Shown piece by piece: positions 26,778 through 32,000 of a stretch of DNA of 32,000 bases. The position numbers were made by a program, and so were the translations under genes. The stretch lies in contig NC_020304.1 of assembly GCF_000341395.1 (NCBI RefSeq), positions 1,830,001-1,862,000 of the forward strand. The letters are read 5' to 3'. This DNA comes from Desulfocapsa sulfexigens DSM 10523. GTDB taxonomy: Bacteria; Desulfobacterota; Desulfobulbia; Desulfobulbales; Desulfocapsaceae. How positions within the stretch are numbered: the first letter of the stretch is position 1; each line of letters opens with the position of its first letter. Below the pieces are notes generated by a model. It saw only the letters and a list, made by a program, of their open reading frames with translations, had not been told where the DNA came from and did no database searches.

Positions 26778-28073
26778 ATGACTGCTGGGAAATTTGAAAT
26801 AAAGGCCTATCCCGAGATGTGGAAAGACCTGGATATGGATGTGGAACGTTTTGACAAAATGCGGTTAATGCTGGGAGATATATATGAAAAGACCTATCTG
26901 TCCCAGAAAAACCGACCATCGGGTATGGCCTACTTTGACAACATGATAGCAGAAATCCATGGTGGCCGGATCAAGGAATTGCTGGCTGCCAAAAAAGAGG
27001 GTAAACCGGTGATCGGAACCTTCTGTGTTTATATCCCTGAGGAGATCGTACTGGCTGCTGGCGGTGTCTGTGTAGGTCTATGCGGCGGTTCGCAGGGATC
27101 CGTGCCCGATGCTGAAAAGATTCTACCCCGCAATATTTGCCCCATGGTGAAGTCTGCCTTTGGTTTTAAGGCGGGTCGTATATGCCCCTATTTTCAGGCA
27201 GTTGATCTTGTGTACGGGGAGACCACTTGTGACGCTAAGAAAAAAACCTGGGAGATTCTGGATAACATGGTTTCGACCTATGTTATGGAGATACCGCAGA
27301 TGAAAAAACAGACCGACCAGGATATGTGGTTGGCTGAGGTGAAAGAATTCAAGACCAAGGTTGAGTCACTTGCAGGCAAAGAAGTGATGCTTGAGGAACT
27401 GAATCGTGCCGTCAAAACAATGAATAACAAACGTAAAGCCCTGCAGCGGATTAATATGCTACGCCATACTAATCCAACGCCGATCTCAGGGAAAGATGTC
27501 CTGCTCATTGAGCAGATTGCCTTCTACGATGAACCGGTCCGGTTTACCGAAAAGGTCGGTGAATTGTGTGATGAACTTGAACAACGTATTCAGGATGGTG
27601 TTGCCGTGCCTGGTAAAAATGCTGCCAGAGTGATGGTTGCTGGAGTTCCCATGGCTCTACCCAATTGGAAGCTGCATAACCTCGTCGAAGGAGCCGGGGC
27701 GGTTATTGTCAATGAGGAAAGCTGTATTGGTACCCGCTATTATAAGGATCTGATGGACGAGGACGGAGAAGATATTGAGACTATTCTTCAGAACCTTACC
27801 CGTCGATACATGCAGATCGATTGTTCCTGTTTTACCCCTAACAACGAACGGATTGATCAGGTCCTCAAGGAGTACAGAGAATCGGATGCTCATGGTATCA
27901 TTCACTATTCTTTGCAGTTCTGTCATACCTACAATGTCGAAGAAATCCGTATCAGGGAGGCATGTGAAAAGGAAAATATTCCATACATGTTTATTGAATC
28001 CGACTACTCGCCTGAGGATGTGGGGCAACTGCAGACCAGGGTGGAGGCCTTCCTGGAACAGATCAGCGGATGA
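26778..28073 (+). CDS. 2-hydroxyacyl-CoA dehydratase / BcrCD-family protein, single-subunit type (double-cubane-cluster-protein-like)
   Basis: Family-typical Cys-containing blocks: GTFCVYIPEE, RNICPMVKS, GETTCDAKKK, EESCIGTRY, QIDCSCF, LQFCHTY. An activase gene follows. The ORF-track start is 26748; Met11 (26778) has the better SD. Confidence 0.85.
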   Translation: MTAGKFEIKAYPEMWKDLDMDVERFDKMRLMLGDIYEKTYLSQKNRPSGMAYFDNMIAEIHGGRIKELLAAKKEGKPVIGTFCVYIPEEIVLAAGGVCVGLCGGSQGSVPDAEKILPRNICPMVKSAFGFKAGRICPYFQAVDLVYGETTCDAKKKTWEILDNMVSTYVMEIPQMKKQTDQDMWLAEVKEFKTKVESLAGKEVMLEELNRAVKTMNNKRKALQRINMLRHTNPTPISGKDVLLIEQIAFYDEPVRFTEKVGELCDELEQRIQDGVAVPGKNAARVMVAGVPMALPNWKLHNLVEGAGAVIVNEESCIGTRYYKDLMDEDGEDIETILQNLTRRYMQIDCSCFTPNNERIDQVLKEYRESDAHGIIHYSLQFCHTYNVEEIRIREACEKENIPYMFIESDYSPEDVGQLQTRVEAFLEQISG

Positions 28074-28109
28074 CTCTGGTGGGTGTAATCATAGGAAATG
28101 GAGGACAAT

Positions 28110-28871
28110 ATGTACGTGGGGGTTGATCTGGGTTCACGGACGATCAAAGTGGTAGCATTCCAAGACGGCAGGATGGTTGATTATAAAATTGAAGAAAGCG
28201 GTTTTGCACCACATGAACAAGCCAGGGAAATGTTAACGGATTATAAGGCAGACCAAATCGTTGCCACGGGATATGGCCGCCATCTCGCTCGAGAGCACTT
28301 TGCTGATGATGTCATTACCGAAATTAAAGCCCACGGTATTGGTATTCATGCGGTGTTGCCACAGGTTACCACGATTGTGGATGTCGGAGGGCAGGACTCC
28401 AAGGTCATAACTCTCAATGGCAAAGGACAGGTTAGCAATTTTCAAATGAACGACAAATGTGCGGCCGGTACAGGCAGGTTTTTGGAAATAATGGCTGCGT
28501 CACTGGCTTATCCACTTGTCGAGTTTGGTCCGGCCGCTCTTGATTCGGACCAGGAAGTACAGATAAACTCCATGTGTACGGTATTTGCCGAATCCGAAGT
28601 GATTTCAATGAAAAACAGAGGTGCTCCGCGACAGCACATTGCCAGAGCCGTGCATTCTTCTGTAGCAGACCGTATACTCGCCATGCTGAACCGTATTGGT
28701 TTTGACAAGTATGTGGCCTTCTCCGGTGGGGTTGCTAATAATCCATGTATTGTTAGTATGATACGGGGTAAATTGGTGGGGGTGCAGGTGGCAGTGCCTG
28801 AAAATCCGAGTATCATTGGAGCACTTGGTGCATCAATTGAGGCAGCCAAATTAGGTGAATCTCAGGCATGA
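28110..28871 (+). CDS. acyl-CoA dehydratase activase (BcrA/BadF/HgdC-type ATPase, [4Fe-4S]-bridged)
   Basis: ASKHA-fold motifs: GVDLGSRTIK, DVGGQDSKVI, NDKCAAGTGRFLE (cluster Cys), CTVFAESEVIS, SGGVANN. GGAGGA (28100-28105) precedes ATG 28110. An alternative ATG lies at 28098. Confidence 0.9.
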   Translation: MYVGVDLGSRTIKVVAFQDGRMVDYKIEESGFAPHEQAREMLTDYKADQIVATGYGRHLAREHFADDVITEIKAHGIGIHAVLPQVTTIVDVGGQDSKVITLNGKGQVSNFQMNDKCAAGTGRFLEIMAASLAYPLVEFGPAALDSDQEVQINSMCTVFAESEVISMKNRGAPRQHIARAVHSSVADRILAMLNRIGFDKYVAFSGGVANNPCIVSMIRGKLVGVQVAVPENPSIIGALGASIEAAKLGESQA

Positions 28872-28996
28872 AATAGAAGCAACAAGTATTAGTGGAAGGT
28901 CCGAGATGTACAGGTATTTGGAATCAACTGGCAAGAACATGCAGTCTGCTTTCGGCAGTAAAAGGATAGCTTGACTGTTTCGATCTGGCAACAATA

Positions 28997-29509
28997 GTGA
29001 AGAGTAAGGGGATGGATATTTACCAAACTAAAATCTTTTCCAGACAATTGAGCAGATTGGAAAAATCTGATAAAAAAGGCGCCTCTGCCTCCAGGCAGGC
29101 CGGAAAAATTATAGCATCATTGCGCCACCGCAATGATGCCTTTCAAGAATTCAGATATAAACAGACCAAACATGGTGAACATCGTCTTGATAACGTAATA
29201 AAATATGATTTGGGAAGTGGCTATCGTCTGATTACCGTCTGGGAAGAAGAGTGTGTTCTTCTGGCATATGTCGGCAGCCATGATGATTGCCATATGTGGC
29301 TGGAAAATAACAAAAATACTTCGTTGGATAAGAGTTCATTCAGAATTTCCTGCACATTGATTCCGCCCTCTCCCCCCTGTAAAGATCAGACTAGTGAGAT
29401 TCCGTCAGCTCCAAGCACCAAAGAAGATCCATACGAAGAAGAGCTACTCCAGAGAATCGATGACAAGACATTACGCTCTATTTTTCGGGGACTGTGCCGA
29501 AACACATGA
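28997..29509 (+). CDS. hypothetical protein with RelE/ParE-toxin-like N-terminal domain and Pro/Ser-rich + acidic C-terminal extension
   Basis: aa ~6-105: IYQTKIFSRQL...KYDLGSGYRLITVWEEECVLLAYVGSHDDCHMWL. This follows the RelE/ParE beta-sheet pattern (xYRlIyxxxxxxvxlLxvGxHdd). No adjacent antitoxin ORF was found. The start is GTG 28997 or ATG 29012. Confidence 0.5.
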   Translation: MKSKGMDIYQTKIFSRQLSRLEKSDKKGASASRQAGKIIASLRHRNDAFQEFRYKQTKHGEHRLDNVIKYDLGSGYRLITVWEEECVLLAYVGSHDDCHMWLENNKNTSLDKSSFRISCTLIPPSPPCKDQTSEIPSAPSTKEDPYEEELLQRIDDKTLRSIFRGLCRNT

Positions 29510-29741
29510 TTTGCTTTTTTTCTCTTTTTTTTACCATTCAGGGCAACTAAACAAAACAGAAACCCTTTATCGTGGGGGAGGGGTTCTGGGTTAGTTCCGG
29601 CTCCCATTTCAAGAGCATAGCAATAGTGCTCACACCTGTAATGCCCATACTTGTTTTCTTGCAGTAGTCTCCACTAATGGAACCCAGATATCTACGAAGG
29701 GTATGCACCTGCTATACGAATCAAGACAACATAAAAAAAAA

Positions 29742-29918
29742 CTGATTACCACTAATCCTCAGCCTACCCGCATGAGGAGGAGTTGCTTCGTGTCGATTAT
29801 ATGGGCATCTGCGGCCTGGACGGCCGCAGCAGAGCCCCCAGGGATGGGTTTATGGCGTCCCATATAATCGATACGGAACAGTTCCGGGTTTGCAAAGCTG
29901 AGTTTTGATGGTAATCAG
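29742..29918. ncRNA. ~180-nt rod-shaped structured element (6S-RNA-like architecture; alternatively a MITE or giant bidirectional terminator)
   Basis: Closing helices: CTGATTACC (29742-29750) / GGTAATCAG (29910-29918) and CTCAGC (29758-29763) / GCTGAG (29897-29902). A large internal loop (27 nt / 20 nt) follows. Next is a 19-bp helix, 29787-29805 / 29859-29877, with a perfect 13-bp core TCGATTATATGGG / CCCATATAATCGA. The apical hairpin is CTGCGGCC-TGGAC-GGCCGCAG (29809-29829). It is flanked by an A9 run (left) and a T7 run (right). Confidence 0.4.
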
Positions 29919-29965
29919 GTTAAAAAATGTTTTTTTGGTAGAAGCTGCTATTCCAATAGCTAATA

Positions 29966-30805
29966 TCAATATCTGGTATTTAGAGGTTCGACCTCATTGA
30001 GAGAGCTTGGCACGCCGCTATCCTCCTCAGATTTAAACTGAGCCCAGTCTGGTAATAGCGTTTTTTTGAACCATGATGAAAGATTGAATCCTGGTGGATC
30101 ACCAGCCTCAAGGCGTTTTAACAGTTTTGTGGCTTTAGGTGTAATTGTCGCGTCCGGATAGGTGTTGATAAGATATTGTAGCCGCGTTTGAGCCTCTTTA
30201 TATTTTTCAGTTCTGAGATAAAATTCAACGACAAAATATTCATGGTTAACCAGGAATTCATTTGCGGCCCTGATCCTGGCTCTGGCTTCGTTTCTATAGG
30301 GGGAGTCAGGGAAGGCGCGAAGAAGTTTTGAGAATTCCCTGATGGCATTTTCTGCGCCATTTGTATCACGATCGATACGGTCTATCTGCTGGTAATGAGA
30401 CATGGCGATCTGATACATTACATAGGGAATTGCCTCATTGGTCGGGTGACGCTCTTCAAATTCATGATAGAGCATGAGCGCTTCCTGATAATTTTCCATG
30501 TAGTAGTTGCAGTCGGCACCTTTTAACTGGGCAAGCATGGCCTCAGGGCTAAATGGGTAGTAGTCCAGAATTTCATCAAATATTTTTCGTGCCTTGTAAT
30601 AGCGTCCGTTTGAGAATTCCTCCATCCCCTCTCCAGCCAGAGTCTGTGCTGAGAGTCGAACATCTTTTTCTTTGCCATCGCCTCCAAAGAGTCCACTGAT
30701 CTGGGCACACCCTCCAAGAGAAAGGAGCAGTGTGCTGATAAAAACAATATTCAGCGTGAATCGGACAAACGATAATGGGCGGATAAGTGGGCTGACACAG
30801 GGCAT
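29966..30805 (-). CDS. bamD: outer membrane protein assembly factor BamD (TPR lipoprotein)
   Basis: Lipobox LLSLGGC follows a hydrophobic signal. BamD-type TPR blocks are present (YYKARKIFDEILDYYPFSPEA..., RDTNGAENAIREFSKLLRAFPDSPY, EYFVVEFYLRTEKYKEA). The start at ATG 30805 avoids a 65-nt overlap with trxB. Confidence 0.85.
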   Translation of the reverse strand: MPCVSPLIRPLSFVRFTLNIVFISTLLLSLGGCAQISGLFGGDGKEKDVRLSAQTLAGEGMEEFSNGRYYKARKIFDEILDYYPFSPEAMLAQLKGADCNYYMENYQEALMLYHEFEERHPTNEAIPYVMYQIAMSHYQQIDRIDRDTNGAENAIREFSKLLRAFPDSPYRNEARARIRAANEFLVNHEYFVVEFYLRTEKYKEAQTRLQYLINTYPDATITPKATKLLKRLEAGDPPGFNLSSWFKKTLLPDWAQFKSEEDSGVPSSLNEVEPLNTRY

Positions 30806-30818
30806 AATATAATTAAGC

Positions 30819-31763
30819 TCAGCTGAGATTGGTGAGATAGTGTTCGGCGGCAAGTACTGCAGTAGCACCTTCGCCTGCGGCATTGATTACCTGTCGTACT
30901 TCCTTACTGCGAATATCCCCGGCGGCCATGACACCAACTACACTAGTCCGGGTTTCAAGATCCGTTGGGATAAACCCACCGGCATCGGCTTTTAAAACAT
31001 CCAATGGTAACATTTCATTGTTGGGTAACACACCAATAAGAACGAAGACGCCATCAACCTTTACTGTCGATTCTTTTCCGGAATTGTCAAGGAGATGGAG
31101 TTCTTCGACACCTTCAGTTCCGGAAACTCTTGTCACGGTACTGTTCCAGATAAAATTAATCTTCGGATTGTCAAAGGCTTTTTCCTGAAGAATTTTTGTG
31201 GCTCGCAGTTTATCTCGTCGATGGATGAGGGTTACTTTTTTGGCAAATTTAGTGAGATGTGATGCCTCCTGAACGGCGGTGTTTCCACCTCCAATCACGG
31301 CCACGTGCATATTGCGGTAGAAAGGGCCATCACAAGTGGCACAGTAGGAAACGCCTTTCCCGATAAATTCTTTTTCCCCAGGAATGCCGAGAGGACGAGG
31401 ATGAGCACCGGTGCATATGATCAACGTGTCACAGCTTAGCGAAGAACCATCTTCAAGGGCAAGGCGCTTGACTGGTTCAGTGAGATCCATGGAGACTACA
31501 TTGGCGAAAATGGAGTTCAGGTCAAAGCGTTTTGCGTGGACTGTCATTTTCTCTGCCAGATCAAATCCTGAAATACCATCCGGGAAGCCGGGATAATTGT
31601 CGATCCAGTCAGTGAGAAGAATCTGCCCGCCCTCAGCACCTTTCTCAATGAGCAGATGATCCATTCTGGCTCGTGCTGCATAGAGTCCTGCAGTCAGCCC
31701 GGCCGGACCGGCGCCTAAAATGATCAAATTATAATGCGTTTTAGCCATGGAATTCAAAGACAT
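30819..31763 (-). CDS. trxB: thioredoxin-disulfide reductase
   Basis: FAD motif ILGAGPAGLTAGLYAAR, redox-active CATCDG and NADPH motif VIGGGNTAVQEA are present. The product is 314 aa. Confidence 0.95.
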   Translation of the reverse strand: MSLNSMAKTHYNLIILGAGPAGLTAGLYAARARMDHLLIEKGAEGGQILLTDWIDNYPGFPDGISGFDLAEKMTVHAKRFDLNSIFANVVSMDLTEPVKRLALEDGSSLSCDTLIICTGAHPRPLGIPGEKEFIGKGVSYCATCDGPFYRNMHVAVIGGGNTAVQEASHLTKFAKKVTLIHRRDKLRATKILQEKAFDNPKINFIWNSTVTRVSGTEGVEELHLLDNSGKESTVKVDGVFVLIGVLPNNEMLPLDVLKADAGGFIPTDLETRTSVVGVMAAGDIRSKEVRQVINAAGEGATAVLAAEHYLTNLS

Positions 31764-31821
31764 TCTGGTAAAAAAGCTGGACAGGCTTCATGCAAAAGAA
31801 CCAGCAGAAAGCCTGTGTTAT

Positions 31822-32000
31822 TTATAAGGCTTTTTCGATAAGCTCAATGAGTTGGGCTTTGCCGACGGCACCAGTTACCTGGTCAACTTTTTCGCCACTC
31901 TTAAAAAGAATTAGAGTTGGAATGGCACGGATTCCAAATTTGCCAGGGGTTTCGGGATTGTCATCAACATTCATTTTCACGATAGTTACCTTTCCCTCAT
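31822..32000 (-). CDS. trxA: thioredoxin (only the C-terminal ~59 codons are inside the window)
   Basis: Manual minus-strand translation from the window edge gives EGKVTIVKMNVDDNPETPGKFGIRAIPTLILFKSGEKVDQVTGAVGKAQLIELIEKAL, with stop TAA at 31824-31822. This is a classic thioredoxin C-terminal half. It is not in the ORF track because no start codon lies in the window. Confidence 0.9.
   Translation of the reverse strand, partial: EGKVTIVKMNVDDNPETPGKFGIRAIPTLILFKSGEKVDQVTGAVGKAQLIELIEKAL

Noticed and set aside
29510-29741. tRNA, tmRNA, RNase P or SRP RNA in the non-coding stretch before the rod-like element.
   Set aside because: There is no cloverleaf. There is no GGUUCGAAUCC-type T-arm, no RNase P GAGGAAAGUCC box and no SRP domain IV motif. 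Only short, weak hairpins are present.
30806-30883. N-terminal extension of bamD overlapping trxB by 65 nt.
   Set aside because: The lipoprotein signal peptide and lipobox begin right after Met 30805. The extension has no signal-peptide character.
1-32000. Mobile elements, CRISPR arrays, prophage or classical defence-island content.
   Set aside because: I recognised no direct-repeat arrays and no transposase, integrase or recombinase motifs. I saw no obvious compositional break. The window reads as a core chromosome, apart from the small 28997-29965 spot.

Overview
The window looks like a core chromosomal segment of a sulfate-reducing deltaproteobacterium. My guess is Desulfobulbales-like (moderate GC, dsrABD layout); this is not verifiable here. 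I found no rRNA, tRNA, CRISPR array, transposase, integrase or phage genes.

Gene order:
- pgi (5' partial)
- dsrA-dsrB-dsrD (dissimilatory sulfite reductase plus DsrD), then a strong terminator
- birA-like biotin ligase
- metK-ahcY (minus strand, methyl cycle)
- kdsD/kpsF-type arabinose-5-P isomerase, CooT-like Ni protein, His-rich small protein
- an 820-aa E2/UBC-like, transmembrane, TPR protein (minus strand)
- a Cys-rich, cNMP-binding, DUF4388 protein
- larB, fused secDF, ykgJ-like gene, HAD hydrolase (minus-strand run)
- APH-like kinase plus P-loop kinase pair
- NIL-ferredoxin, yaiI, RluA-family pseudouridine synthase, VF530/DUF2132 protein
- a large selenocysteine (in-frame UGA) formate dehydrogenase fused to 2Fe-2S and GltD-like flavoprotein modules (minus strand; split into two ORFs in the ORF track)
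- a short ModE-like HTH regulator
- a double-cubane/2-hydroxyacyl-CoA-dehydratase-family protein and its ATPase activase
- a RelE/ParE-like orphan
- a ~450-nt non-coding gap containing a ~180-nt rod-shaped structured element
- bamD, trxB, trxA (3' partial in window)

Most interesting items:
1. The membrane-anchored E2-like/TPR protein, which has an intact HPD...C catalytic signature but no E1, Ubl or JAB partner nearby.
2. The 6S-like rod RNA, or alternatively a MITE, at 29742-29918.
3. A terminator-ended structured leader at 26463-26600, plus a perfect 13-bp inverted repeat abutting the dehydratase-family operon promoter.
4. The single-polypeptide Sec-FDH with a SECIS-like hairpin.

All functional calls rest on motif recognition by eye. 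No database search was run.
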